Shown: positions 15,630 to 31,692, numbered from the stretch's first letter. The stretch: 64,000 nucleotides of DNA from Eledone cirrhosa (GCA_964016885.1 OZ024740.1:126046001-126110000); one strand, 5' to 3'. The notes: generated by a model not told the origin, from the sequence alone. Numbers and translations: made by a program.

Positions 15630-15965
15630 CAGCTGGGTTTCTGATTGCCTGTGCTATCTTGGTGTCATCAACATAGCTAGTGAGGGATGTTATATGTACA
15701 AGAGAGGGCTTGTCTAAAAGAGCCACCAAAAGCAGCAGTGGTTCCAAGACTGTGTTCTGGTGCACTACGCTTGTTATTGATGTTTCTTTTGATAGGGACC
15801 CGTTGGCTGGAACAGCCTGACTTCTGTCTTTTAAGAAGTCATGCAGCTGTTCACCTATTTTTCCAGTTATGTCGAATTTCTGTAGTCTGTGACAGATCAT
15901 TCCATGGTCGACCTTGTGGAAGAGCTTTGCAATGTCAAGATATATCAAGTCCACATTTGAGCAGT
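15630..15965 (-). mobile_element. CR1-group LINE reverse transcriptase fragment
   Basis: DLIYLDIAKLFHKVDHG...VHQNTVLEPLL...YVDDTKI, degenerate RT motifs. Confidence 0.85.
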
Positions 15966-16169
15966 CAATCAGTTGTTTCAGTACACAGTTGTAGTGTTGT
16001 AAACGCTAAGTAAGGCAGCTTCTTCCCACACGCACACACATATACACATACTGCGTCAGCGTGTTGAACATAAAATGTAGTCTCCATAAGTTCTACTCCA
16101 TCGATTTTGTCCCTACTTTTTCTCTTCTCTCTCTTTATAACCCTCTGATTTCTCATCCCATGCTTTAGA

Positions 16170-16900
16170 CTCTCTTTCTACCTGGATAGATGTGTTAATA
16201 TATTCATTTTCAGTCATGTTAGAGGTCATTCCTATAGTCATTACTGATAACAACTTGCAATCTACATTTAGTAGAAGTGAGATCGTAGTAAAGTGACTGA
16301 TAACCGAAGATATTTCTCCTTTTGGCACTAGACAACCATCTCCTCTCTTCCAACACGATAGACTGATTCCTTTTCTCTTGAGAAACCGGAAGAGTCTCCA
16401 GAATCTCCGGAGGAGTGTTTGGAAGGTCTTATATACATTGTAAGGTATACCACTTGGTTAAGGGGTGGCTTCCATTCTGGCTTTTAACCACTTTTTTGAC
16501 TTCGTTCCAGGATAGTTTGATAGTGTTGAACTTTTCTTTGGGTCTTTCAATTCCACTGATGATTTGTTTGCTGCTCAGAGATTGGTTCCTGAGTGGATCA
16601 TTGTGAGTGGCCCTCAGGAATTCCTCTACGACTTGTTTGGGTTCGATGATGTTTACGAATTGTGCTTCCGTGTGAAGAGATCTGGTGAACTCAGAGGGGT
16701 CTTTAGTAAACTGAACTCTTTCAGAGTTCATTAGGTCATTGATGCCTGCTTTTTCACTGCATTGGACACTGATTTGCTGAGATCTTTGATTTCGTCTCTC
16801 AATCGGCAGATTTTTCTTTCCCTTCTATTGTGCTGCTTTAGAGTTATAATGTTATTTTTCTGTTCCTCTGTTTCGAAGTGCTCTCTTGCTAGTTTGTATG
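16170..16900 (-). mobile_element. Degenerate HERO-like RLE retrotransposon fragment (pre-RT and early RT region)
   Basis: ERVQFTKDPSEFTRSL..VEEFLRATHNDPLR..LSWNEVKKVVK and VPK..FTTISLLLNV..ENEYINTSIQ. Confidence 0.6.
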
Positions 16901-18039
16901 TTAAGTTCGTAATTCCTAATTCATTTGTAATTCATTCCTGGTCGTTATATCTATATACATGTATATATCTTTTACCGACGGGAGTGGAACTTCTCAAATG
17001 GGACCTTTGTCGATATTATCTACCTGTACCGTATCCTGTTAGAAGGAGCAGCATGGAAGAACATAACGCATTGCTCTGGTTAGTTATAATTAATTTACAG
17101 TAGCACTAAGATAGCGTAAAGTATAACAGGGCAATATATGAAAGTATATACTGTATGTATATATACAATAAACATACGAAAGCCTCGCTATCAATGACAA
17201 CAATTTTTTTCATCCAATCATGATTGTAGTTCGTGTGTAAACCTGTGATGAAAGATATTTCATTTCCGTCCTTTTCTATATTCAGGCCTGGATTACTCAA
17301 TGTATTATATTTTGTATATCCAACTCTACATTATCCAATGTATTAAGTTTTGGGAGGGAGATATGGCTGCTATTTCTAGCAAATCGAGCCTTTACATAGA
17401 GTTTTGTCATGTAGGTTCAATATATTATCAGTTACATTAATTTCAGGAATTTAAAAACCAACTATATGAACAATTTTATACGGTCACAGGACACGATAGA
17501 CCTAGTGACAACATTTTCATACATATATCTTCTCTTTATATTTCAAATGATAATCACATTTCCACATCCTGCATTTAATGACATTTCCCACGAAATAAAT
17601 ATATGATAGACGACACAGTTAATGTCCTGATCAAAATGATTCAAATTTCGTTTAATTCATTGAAATATTACGAATGCATCTATAGAACGAATGCATCTAT
17701 CCAGAGAAAATAAGAAAAAGATGTGAAAATATGCATAAGAAGACACCATGACTAACATTACAAACCTGATCGCCCCACCCTCAACCTACCCCTGCCAACC
17801 CCACCACCACCCTTACTCTAACTCCCACCAACATCACAAACCACCATGCGTTCCACAAGGGTTCCAATTTATAGTTGTAGTGATAAGTAGTTTCGGAGTC
17901 ATTTCAATATTTCTATTCTTTGAAGTGAGTTGGATAGCAGAATTACTAACCTATTGGACAAAATTATTTGTTAGATAAAGTCGTATTCTGAGTTAACTCC
18001 TGATACGGCTGATATTTCTGTCATTCAATTGATCTTGTG

Positions 18040-18250
18040 AAGGTACGTGGCTTAGGGTTATACAGGTGGTTTCAAGATCCTATAGTTGTGATTCCGATTA
18101 TTTGAGCAAGGCACTTTATTTTCCGCTGTTCCAAACTGTATCACTGTTCCCCTTGGACAGTATCGGTATCGTGGAGAGTAGAGATTTGTATGATTGGGCT
18201 ACTTCTGGTTTTCCATAAAGGAACTTGCCCAATTTTGTGTCTGGGAGAAG
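18040..18250 (+). mobile_element. Degenerate tRNA-derived SINE (second family)
   Basis: GTGGCTTAGGG head and TTGAGCAAGGCACTTTATTT core typical of mollusc SINEs. Confidence 0.45.
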
Positions 18251-20489
18251 GAAACCCAGACATCACTGAATGCAACCATTTCCTTTTCCTATTGACCCAA
18301 TTTAACAGATATCAGCCACGTGCTGGGGGTCAATATAATTACTTGGACACTTATTCCCATTATATTTCTAGCCAGTATGAAAAAACATAATAAACAAACA
18401 ATATTTTTTAGTGTGTCTTGTTTAATTTTTCGTCAGCTCTGATCGATCAGACACAAGATTAAGGTCAGATTAATCTAGTATACCTCGCACTACATTATTT
18501 AATATACATTTCGATTTGTTTAAAGTCACTGTGTTTGCTTCGAGGTTGATTTCACTGGAATTACTTGCAGATCTAGCAACCATGTCTTCCTTGATTCAAA
18601 AAATCAATATTGTTATGCTTCAAGCAAATGTTAAATTATGCTTGAAGTTTGAAAAGTATCTGAATATTGGTTACTACTATTTAATGATTTGACAATGAAA
18701 TAATATGAATATGTATCATATAAGAACGGTAGAAATCGAGAACAAAATAATTATTTTGAGACACCATGCTGTTGTATATTGATCATGAAACTGTAAATTT
18801 TACAAAAAAATAAAAATAAATATATATATGGTCTTATATTTTGAATGTACTAAAAGCCATGCCCTTTAGGAAGTTGACCACATAATGGGATTAGTAAGAA
18901 TGTTCACGTGATACGCAATCTTTCTCCAAAAGGTGTTTTTCAAAGTGAATACCAAATAAAATGTATGTAATAAACATCATAAATGCTTCTAGAAAATAAT
19001 ATAGTTACGGCCCTCTGCCTTCTCTTCTTTCCCATTCTTGATCAATGTTTCTACATACACACACATAAGTACATCTTATTTACCATTCGTATATATTGTT
19101 ATAAACATTATAATACAAATTCCGTAACATTAATATAAGCACACACATATATACTGTATATATGTTTATATGTTAATATTTATTCATGTTTGTATATATG
19201 TCTGCCTTTCTATGTATGTATGTATTATGTGAATATGGGTATTAGTGCTTGCACGTGTGGCGATACATATTTGTTTTATACGCACATTTAAATATATTAA
19301 AATATTTAAAGAACTCTAGAGATATTAAGTGAAACACAAGGAACCAGGCGTAATACGCGGTGTGAAATATTATTTTCAGAACATTAAACCGAATGTCTGC
19401 TCAAGATGTCCTCGTCTCTCTTTAACTCACTTTCCTGAAACGGAATCGCACGTATATCTTCTGACAAAACCAGCTGTTCACAAGAACCTCTAAGATGTCT
19501 TGCTGTGTAATACATTTCGATAAAAACTGTCTAATTCAAAGCACCATTTTATTTGAACCGAAAATGGATATCTTTCACGCATCGCCGTATGATACAGGCA
19601 TTTATAGTAACTCGTTAATACCATATGTTCTCCACACAAGTATCCATTGAACGTCTGTTGAACGTGAAAAAATGCTAGTTGATTTATTTTGTTATTGGTA
19701 TATAAGCAGTGAGAAGAAAAGCGTCAAAATCTATACCTATCAAATACTGGCTTTAGAATATTTAAATAAATAAATGTACATACCTGAATTGAAAACTAAG
19801 AATAAGAAGCAGAATAAAGAGTGATTCACAGACACAAGTAATAATGAATGATAAAATAAACTGCAGTAATAGTATCAAAATGATGCAGTAGAACAAAACG
19901 CAATAAAAATGTGTATCTTGAACGGCTATAGTGCGTTTTCTTTGTTGTTGTTTAACCTGAGATCAATGAAGATAGATTATACCTATGATCTCATGGTGTC
20001 CACTCCTGATTATTCCGTCTTCTTTTAGGCAGTATACTAATGTATAAAATCTATCGTACTTTTTTTATAGCCTGTAGCGCGTAAGTCGAGGAATATTTGT
20101 CTGCTATTCGTAACCGTTCGGGTGAAAAATATTTCATTGATTTGTCGGTAGATTGCTATCTCTAGTGGAATACTTGGCAAAGAGGGGAAACGTCTTTACA
20201 GAAAATGTACAAAATAACATTTGTTTTTTCATGGAGAGGAGGAGTGGGGTGTAAACATTTTGTACGGGAATAGAGGAAACGTGGGAGGTTAAGGAATGTT
20301 TTAGTTCGGCACACATCTCTTAAGCATATATAAGCATGCATCATATTACTCTCTGTAAAAGAGAGAGATAGGAGAGAAACAATATGTCTGTGTTCCATTG
20401 GCTACATTGTACTGGCTAATGAAGTTTTCATTATACGCCACCTGACCTTTTCCTGGAGGCATTTTTAGTATAGACATACATTTATACAC

Positions 20490-20757
<268 letters not shown>

Positions 20758-21881
20758 TTTCTTTTGGCAAAATCTGTCGTTACCTCTCGGAACTGTCTGA
20801 ATTGATTATATGTGCATTTTAATCCATCTCTCTCTAAACTACGTGGGTGTAAAATGTCTTCGACACAAGTAATTAAGAGCCATAATTTCTTAAGTATGTT
20901 TCTGGGCACTTGAAGGAATCTGTTTACCCCGGCACAATGTGGGCTTCGATGAGCGCTAGTGATTTCGTTATTCACGTCCACCACCAATGACTTACAATCC
21001 AGGTCCTGGAAAAGTTGACCTCATCTCGAACTCTAAGCTCTCCCGAAACAAGACTTCCAGCACGATGTTCAGCCCCGATGGTTTGTAAGGAGTATATAAC
21101 TTATAGACTTCGAATTTCGAAATTCCTGGTCTCGCAACAACGGCAACAACGAGGAAGAAAAATACGATGAACTTATTGATGATGATGATTATTATGATGA
21201 AGACTATCATAATGATAATGGCCATGAGGATGATGAAATGAAAGATGACGATGATGGTAGTAGCGGCGATATCGTTAATTTTAATAATATATAAATAAAA
21301 TCTCGATTGACGTGAATTTTGTTTAATTGCAATCACAATTAGTGATATGAAATAATTGTGAAGAAGCTGAATTCAAGTGCTTGTTAAATTCAATTAAACA
21401 AGTGGTTTCTGTCAGATAGAGTGGTGATGCTTAACAAATGACAATGTTTAAAAGAAAATTCAATTCATGAAAATAACTAATATAAATTCAATGATAGTGT
21501 ACAAATAAAAGTGAAAGGAAATATTTTCAAATGCAAAGTAGAGTTTTATATATATTTTTTCTATAAAAAAAAATAACAACATAATAACTATAGTCGATTA
21601 CTTAAATCTAATTAAACATCGTTGACTTTGTTTACTCTTATTTTATTAGCACATCTAAATCAAACACTGATTACCAATCAGTGTTTACAAATGAACACAT
21701 CATATAAAATTTGAATGCACAGGTCTGTGTATATTGGCAATGACAAAAGAGAGTAATTAAAAAATAAACAAATTCAGAATGGAAAAAAAAAATAAACGTA
21801 ACATTGTGTATAAACTAAAAAAAAGGAGTGAGCTAACAATAACTCTGATAACATGGCATCATTTTACGCTTACGAATGCGA

Positions 21882-22273
<392 letters not shown>

Positions 22274-22284
<11 letters not shown>

Positions 22285-22457
22285 GGACCTCGACGACTGA
22301 GCTCTTGCCATTTTAACAGCTAGCCCCGAACTAGCTGAACGGTTAGAACTCAGTCCTCGGGGTCCCGACTCTTTCACATTACTACACTCAACTACCCCAA
22401 GTATCGAGTTTTCTGGAGAGTAATGGTCTAACAGGTTTTTATTGCAACCATTTAGAT
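22274..22457. mobile_element. Short microsatellite-associated repeat with fold-back (22274-22375); related copies at 44790-44930 and 48760-48805
   Basis: GAGTAGGGACCTCGACGACTGAG pairs imperfectly with CTCAGTCCTCGGGGTCCCGACTC. The same motif appears as GACCCCGACGGCTGAGCTCAAGCCGTTT at 44881 and a variant at 48761. Confidence 0.65.
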
Positions 22458-22761
22458 ATATATATATACATTCTGCTTGTATGCATCTATATATATATTA
22501 TTGGGTAACTACTTTCCAACAGGCAAAAAACTAGTTCACTAAATTCACGATGTTAACTTAGAAAAACGAATGTTTGTGAGGGAATTTATAATTATCACCA
22601 GATGCATTGTTAAAAAAACCCCCATAGGGTTTGGAGTTGAAACTCCCATTTCCTTTCTTATGAGAGATTACCAGATTCCTAAACTATATCTCAACTTTGC
22701 ATGCGTCCTCTAATGTCTAACCATCAAGTTCTGATAATTGAAAATACATGCTTTTATCAAT

Positions 22762-22949
22762 AATTGTTTCTACTTTTGGAACACGGCCAGCAATTATTCA
22801 GTACGTTAGGTGGTACTTTGTTTTATCTACCCCGTTAGGATGAAAGGCAAAGTTAACCTTGGCGGGATTTGAACTCAGATCGTAAAGGGACGTAACTATG
22901 CTGGAAAGCATGGCGTCCGACCTTCTACTGATACTGCCAATCCCCCGCC
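22762..22949 (-). mobile_element. tRNA-derived SINE with target-site duplication
   Basis: Reverse complement of the 29135 SINE. Flanked by CTTTTATCAAT direct repeats at 22751 and 22950. Confidence 0.88.
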
Positions 22950-23014
22950 CTTTTATCAATGATGTTTATGAAACTCGCAGTATTTTGAGCGTATTACGAA
23001 TACTTTGTATAAAT

Positions 23015-23110
<96 letters not shown>

Positions 23111-23123
23111 ACACACACACACA

Positions 23124-23205
<82 letters not shown>

Positions 23206-24099
23206 TGTGTGTATGTTTGTATGTGTGTGTGTGTGTGAATGTGTATATAATGTTGATACCTGTTTCGAAATGGAGGCACTAAGCGAGCAAAAAATAGATA
23301 TCTTTAACATAGATGGGGCATATATTTATTGACCAAACGGATATATAGTTTCAGACACTCAGGTGTATATCCATGTCTATTCATTAGGCCACACGCGATT
23401 GATTATGCTTTTTTATAAGTAATGAAGAACATGGATGTATGAAATAATACCTTTTGCTGATTACGTGTATTTCTAGGAAGGCAAACAATATGCACTCTTT
23501 AGAATTGAGAAAATGACGCAGTATCTCTTTATTATGCAGTTGAATTGTTGCAGAGCATGGTACGTACTATTTATGATGATAGTGCTTGGTAATGATGATG
23601 GTGGTGATGATGATGAAGATGATAATGACGACCAAGATGAGAATGAGATGATGGTGATGATGTTTGCATAATGATAATATTTATTTAGCAAGGCGATATG
23701 AAAACTAATCGATACAAGATGACCGATCTCTGCAATAGATATATATGAAAATAAAAAGCATTCAATAAAAAAGAATATTTATAGCGAACGTAAGGAGTTA
23801 TTTCCTTGATATATATCCATATATGTTCACACACACACACAAAAAACACACAGTTACACGCGCATATACACACACAAATATATATGGATATACATTACGT
23901 ACATACATATAGCCAACACACAAGCATTGAAGATAAATTCTAACATAACACACACATTAAGAAAAAATATTTACGGATTGAGCTGTTTGTATACAGGTGT
24001 GAGACCACACGCTCCACATGCTCACATCCATTCAAAGACATTGATACATATATATCGATACACACAAACACACATATATGTATGCATATATATACATAT

Positions 24100-25160
<1,061 letters not shown>

Positions 25161-25538
25161 ACATGCAATACTAAATAGATCTACATGCAATACTAAATAG
25201 AATCGGGAACATATTGAAGATCGTCTTTGTGAAATAAGTACGTAAAAAAATCGTAAAATATGTAAAGTTAGATGAAATAGAAAAAAAAAAAAGAAAGATA
25301 CAGATAAGATGCCTTAATGTAAACTGGTGCTGGATAACACAGGAAAGAGAACTACAACACAGCGGCAGCAGCAGCAGCGCACATAGAAAGTATAGATACA
25401 CAGATGTACACCAATAACTATGCAAATTCACATTCACACACACCTAAATATATATGCATCCCACCATACATACATAGCTACATACGCTCTCATGTACATA
25501 CATATATACGCAGATAGACACACACTTACACACAGATA

Positions 25539-25584
<46 letters not shown>

Positions 25585-25694
25585 GATACAAAGAATAGAT
25601 GTAGAGAGGGTCACCAATATTTTTGCAAAGACATGTTCATATATATATCTATACACCATATCAAAACATATAGACATAATTGCTTACGAACAGG

Positions 25695-25747
<53 letters not shown>

Positions 25748-26133
25748 ATATATAGATCTATATATAAATACATATATACATATATACATACATATATATA
25801 TATATACATAATTATATATATATATAAATATATATGTGTGTGTGTGTGCATATGTACATAAGCGCACACATTTATACAAACATGTATATGTGAACGTTTG
25901 TACTATTATGTATATATACATATTCGCATAGCACATGCATAGACACATACACACACATGCACTCACACAGACACGCATGCACACACTTATACACATACAC
26001 AAACACAGAACTGCGTTCCAGTACCGTTCATGACGGAGGATGGGGGTGTATCTATAGGAAGGAAAAAAATGCTGTCCAAAGAATTGCGTGAACGTTGATA
26101 TTGCGGTGGCAAATGATGTTTATATCATCATCA

Positions 26134-26225
26134 TCTTCTTCTTCTTCTTCTTCTTCTTCTTCTTCTTCTTCTTCTTCTTCTTCTTCTTCTTCTTCTTCTT
26201 CTTCTTCTTCTTCTTCTTCTTCTTC
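26134..26225. repeat. (TTC)n microsatellite
   Basis: Direct. Confidence 0.97.
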
Positions 26226-26356
26226 TGTTGCTGTAGCTACTACTACTATTGCTCCTGTGTTGCTGCCAATACAACTGTTACTACTATGTCTACTGCTACT
26301 AGAATTATTATTGTTGTGTTTGATAATATTATTATTTAAGTTATGGTTGGGCATTA

Positions 26357-26531
26357 AGGGCGGGGATGTCATAGAATTACAATCCTCTATGTTCTGAGTT
26401 CAGTTCTAGGCCAGGTTAGCTTTGCCTTTCATTCTTATAAAATAAAGTACCATGTAACGCACTGAAGTTGATTTAATCGACTTTCCACTCCCCTCAAACT
26501 GTTGACCTTGTGCCTAAATCAGAAACCATTA
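26357..26531 (+). mobile_element. Degenerate SINE copy
   Basis: CTGAGTTCA..CTTTGCCTTTCAT..AAAGTACC..CCTTGTGCCTAAA..AGAAAC shared with the 29135 copy. Confidence 0.75.
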
Positions 26532-27429
26532 TTTTTATTTTACTTTCTTTTTGTTACCGTAGTTGCCTACCTTTGCACAGTAAAGTGTATCACTGACAAT
26601 TCAGCCGCTAGGAGCAAAATATGTTTTTCAAGTACAAATAAATCCTTTCTGCTATTTTAAGGAAAATATCATTCTATGTCAATTGTCAAACGGAACAGCC
26701 AAATGTCCTCTGAATGGAAAACAAAGAGGTCAATCAGAATTTACGCCACCTTCCACATCTCAACAATAATCGCCACAAAAAAAAAAACGAAAAGACTATC
26801 AATACTATAAGCAGCGACAAAATCACAAGTAAAAAGGATATCTTCAGACCAAAAGACAATGCAATTTCATTCAGCAGCTCTCAGAACAATACTACCATTT
26901 CAGAGCCCCACTGAAGCCAATTGTAATTCATACTCTTTCTATTGCGTATCGTTTGAAGTGGAGCTTGTCGATAGAGCTCTTTTGGAATGCACACATCTGC
27001 GCCTGAACGGAGCAGAGATTTGGCCAAATATTTTCAATTAAGTTACACTTGTTTCGCATATCTGCGTAAAACACTTATGACAGATCATCCAAACCGGATG
27101 ATCTATGCCTCATATAACCAATTATGGCTATCCGTATGTCAGCAGCTGTTATCGACTTTTCACAACATTCCACATCTTCCAATGGGAGATCGGTAGGCCT
27201 TTGGGGTAGGAACTACTTTCAACCACAGTTTCTCTTTCACCGCTTGCTCCGAACAGTTGTGAAAAGTGCTGCTACAAAGACATCTAGTTGTAAACGAATA
27301 ATACGTGCCCATCCTGATCCGTGGGTTTGTTACCACGCTGCAGCTTGGGCCGATCAAATGATGTTCTTTTACTTGTGCCTTTAAACACGTGCCTTAGCTT
27401 TTACAAGGCAGCCGTTGTGTAGTCTAGGG

Positions 27430-27957
27430 CAGGTGTCGGCAACCTTTTGAGGTGTGCGTACCACATAGCTACGCAATGTTTTTTCGGTGGGCCATGATAT
27501 CAAATAAGTAATGAGAACATATGTAAAAATGAATACAGTAATATGATAAAATACTATGACATATTCAATAAACAGTGACAAAACCAACCACGATAGCTGG
27601 CGTTGTAATTACATCAGGGTTGCCATTTTTTTCGATGAAAAAATTTATTTTTAATAATATTGAACACTTTTAACATAGAAACATAAATAAACATTGATTA
27701 TTGTCGAGTACAGTCACTTACAGATGTTTTACTACCAGACTGCAAACACAAATGAAAAGTTTTGTGGATGAAATGAAATAACTGTATGCCAGACACTGAC
27801 CTATTTTAGATAAGTCTGGGTCATTCCCCACCCCTGCCATATACATACTATGTATGCACGTATATACACGAATACAGGCACATTGTCCCCTTGACCTCGA
27901 TGTGGCCCGCAGCTAGCACATTTGTTGCAATACTACACATAATTGCCACGATTGCTA
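27430..27957. mobile_element. Possible degenerate non-autonomous hAT (Charlie-like) element
   Basis: Starts CAGGTGTCGGCAA and ends with degenerate TTGCCAC... Flanked by GTCTAG on both sides, with internal GTGGGCC/GTGGCCCGC motifs. Confidence 0.4.
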
Positions 27958-28539
27958 GTCTAGTTTTTTCTATGGCTATTTCTTTCGTCAGACTATTCGG
28001 TAACACACATTATTTACGTTTATAGTAATATATACAATGGGCTTACATGAATTCTTGGGCGATACAGTAACTATGGAGGAAAGTCCAATATAACAAATAT
28101 ACCACAAATATGGTTGATTTAAGTTATTATAACGTTTCTGATTCCAACATAAATTCATCATTAAACTTGGGCTGAAATGTAAACGAGAAATATTCCATGT
28201 CACAACGATAAGAAATGTGTATCACAACAATCGCAATAGTGATAGAATAAGAAATCAAATTTACCCATGTAATGCAATGAGAGTATACAGGCATCAAGTT
28301 TAAATAGACTAAGTATTTAATGTTTTCAGCTATTAAATAAATATGTATAAAGTAGATAGAACCAAAAAATATTTGCAAAAGAAAAAAAAATATGTATGAA
28401 TGATTAAGGTCAATAATTGAACCGACCTAAGAATAACCGATAATCGAATGAACTATATTAAAATGCGTCACGTCTGAACAGAAGAGGATGCGAATCCTCG
28501 ATCGACAAATAGAATCAGAATAGTAAATATTTCTATTAG

Positions 28540-28826
28540 TACGTGCTTATTTGCTCTGATACTCTGGGCATGACGTTAGAATCCCTCAGGAAAGAACCGA
28601 TGGAACGATCTTATAAGCAACACCTACTAGCAGGAGACCCAGGGGTATAACTCGAGCAAGATTATTGGTTGGTCTCGCTTAGAGATCCAACCGAATCCAT
28701 TGCAGACGTTTGCTTGTGATAGGGCCCAATAGAAAGTGTGTTTGCGGACTCTGCCCAACAACTCTCCAAAGAAGAAGAAGAAGAAGAAGAAGAAGAAGAA
28801 GAAGAAGAAGAAGAAGAAGAAGAAGA
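28540..28826 (+). mobile_element. RTE-clade LINE 3' fragment with (GAA)n tail
   Basis: Similar to 41850-42300 (GTTAGAATC.CTCAGGAAAGAA, GCAGGAGACCCAGGG) and ends in (GAA)n. Confidence 0.7.
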
Positions 28827-29134
28827 GCTGCTTAAAAATCCTGAAAAATGGGGAGATTCCTAGCAAACATTACTCATTGATTTCCAGACCATCTAGTTAT
28901 TGTTATTGCTACTATGGTAAGCAAAGTCTACATAATTTTAGAATGAAATGAGTACTCAAGAATAAAATATTGCTTGTCGCAACTGACTATATAATGCAAT
29001 AGGTAAATAGTTTTCTAGCCAGAGACTAAGAATATGTCATTTCAACTAGGATTATATACCTCGTATTTGAGCGGAGTAAAATGCAAGATTCGCTCTTGAT
29101 TGCTATGTCAAGGACATTATTAAATGTTTTAATT

Positions 29135-29320
29135 GGCGGTGGATTGGCAGTATCGGTAGAGAGTCGGACACCATGCTTTGAAGCATAGAATTACGTCCCT
29201 TTATGATCTGAGTTCAAATCCCGCCGAGGTTAACTTTGCCTTTCATTCTTACGGGGTCGATTAAATAAAGTACCAGTAATGTACTGGATAATTGCTGGCC
29301 TTGTGCCTAAAATAGAAACA
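29135..29320 (+). mobile_element. tRNA-derived SINE, full length, with target-site duplication
   Basis: A-box TGGCAGTATCGG and B-box GAGTTCAAATCC. Flanked by ATTATTAAAT(G/A)TTTTAAT at 29116 and 29321. Confidence 0.9.
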
Positions 29321-30766
29321 ATTATTAAATATTTTAATAAAATGAAATAGTTTGAACAAGACACATGATTATCCGATAGGTTATGATATATTCTGCAATA
29401 CTCCCTATTCATGTATTAAGAATTAGTGTCATGTGCATTCAAAACACTCTAGATTTATTTAAAAAAAAGCAGTATATTTCTAATATTAATTCGAAACATT
29501 GGATTTTTCTATTTATGACTGACCAACATACACGAACTTATATTTTTTTCTGTACATAGAGAGCTTTAGATCGCACAACACAACGTAAACATCGCACAAC
29601 ATTAGAGCAAATAAAATTTAGCTGTTTCGCTTAATGATTTTCACTTAATATTGAATAAAGAGCAGACCATTTACAACATGTATGCATTTTCAACTTTCCA
29701 CTTGTCAAAAATCAAGAAAAAGAATTATAACTTAAAGCAATAAATGTATTGTGCTTTCCCTACCGCAGTCAACCAAGACAAACAGCAAAAAAAATAAAGC
29801 GAATAACCTTATACTAAAAAAATGAATAGAAAATCAACACAGGATTTTATTATTTAGTTGATGCAAAGAAACAAGTATTTTAAATCAAATAAATAATAAA
29901 ATGTTCATGTTGCTTTTCTTTTGAAAAGAATTACTCTAGGAATCTAAAGAAATTAAGGTAATGTAGATAATACAAGTTGAAGGTGTGTCGCTGATTAAAA
30001 ACAATAATAACCGCATCAAATACTATAACGGATATAAATTCACATATGTTCACACACAATCTGAAAATAATGAGTTAATCTTGTAACCATTAGGAGGCGT
30101 TGAAGATGTTTAGAATATCGTCATGGCTACAGTTTTTAAAGAGCAATGCAGCTTGTCAAAAGGAAGTAGGTAAATGTTTTAAAACAAAATATAACAATAC
30201 TATTAATGAGCCGTGAGGCGTAAACTGCATCAATTCAGCCATTTTATCTCCATGCGAAATTAAATAAATTTAACATATATACAACTACTCACCTACAAAT
30301 TCCAATATTATCAAATCACTTATCACCGACGGGCAATGAATACACCAAAGAAAATAACATCGTACCAATTCTCTATCAGTCGATATGTCACTTTACTTAC
30401 ATGAAAAGCTGGCTAGTTTTAGAAACTATATCAGTATTATGTAACCTCCATTAGGCTAGAAGAATTGTGTACTCTGCACTGGCTTTGTCATATATTCTAC
30501 TATAGATCAAGTAAGGCCATTTCAATTGAATTATTTCCCTTTTGGAAAATTGCATAATTTCAGGCAACGCAGTCTTCTTTCAAGCATATAAGATTAAAAG
30601 GCAATATTCGCTTTGAACGTAAAACATTGCATAAGATAAGAATTTTAAATTTCCCTGTGAACATCTAAGCTTTCATCACGTAAGAAAGTAGAATGTTTGT
30701 GCACATTCTTCTCCCTCTCTCACTCATCCTCTTACGTTTTTCCTCCTTCTTTCTATCAGCTGCTCT

Positions 30767-30767
30767 C

Positions 30768-30835
<68 letters not shown>

Positions 30836-30979
30836 CACACACACATACACAAACACACACAGAGACACACACAAACACACATACTTACTCACACACACAC
30901 ACACACACAAGTGTGTGTGTATGTGTGTATGTATGTGTGTTTGTGTGTTTGTGTGTGTCCGTGTGTGTGTTTGTGTGTG

Positions 30980-31019
<40 letters not shown>

Positions 31020-31078
31020 GATTATTTTGAATACACACACACACACACAAGTGTGTGTGTGTGTGTATTCAAAATAAT
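30767..31078. repeat. Two adjacent (CA)n/(TG)n hairpins
   Basis: CTTTACAC...GTGTAAAG (30767-31020) and ATTATTTTGAATACAC...GTGTATTCAAAATAAT (31021-31078). Confidence 0.85.
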
Positions 31079-31210
31079 ACACAAACACAACAAATCCGAA
31101 AAGTGACGTAAATATAATATCAAGACATACATTGAATTACTGATGCATTATGCATATATATATATATATATATATATGTATGTGAGTGTATATACATGTA
31201 TATATACATG

Positions 31211-31245
<35 letters not shown>

Positions 31246-31498
31246 GTAAGTATGTATGCATACGTACATACATATATGTATACAGACGTACAGTAGCACG
31301 CAGATATATATATATATATACACATATATATACACATATGCATACAGGTACACATACATATATGCACGCATCAGTTTAGCCGACGTTTATTATAACGCCT
31401 GCTTTGTTCGTTTGTTTGTCAACAAATCAAACAGCCTGAATTTATGCCATACGGTGTTAAGGCAACCACGTCACCTTTTTGTTCAACACTGACACAGG

Positions 31499-31543
31499 AA
31501 CGATGTACTAGTTTCAAGCTTGTTAGCTATCATCAGCACCGTT
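31499..31543 (-). ncRNA. Minimal type I hammerhead ribozyme (left arm)
   Basis: Reverse complement of 31693-31737. Confidence 0.85.
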
Positions 31544-31692
31544 TACCAATCTGCCAGATAGTTGAACGTTCGAAAGTATATACTTTCCTTATGAAAGTAT
31601 ATACTTTCAATATGCAAATTAGGCTGCTCAGCCGTTAATTTTCATAAGGAAAGTATATACTTTCGAACGTTCAACTATCTGGCAGATGGGTA

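Noticed and set aside
21140-21294. Acidic D/E-rich coding tail
   Set aside because: Explained by a degenerate (GAT)n tract; a similar tract occurs near 23590.
26830-27400. Higher-complexity stretch as a host exon
   Set aside because: No recognisable motif or convincing splice-bounded frame.
29135-29225. tRNA gene
   Set aside because: The A/B boxes belong to a multi-copy SINE head with a TSD, and no cloverleaf is evident.
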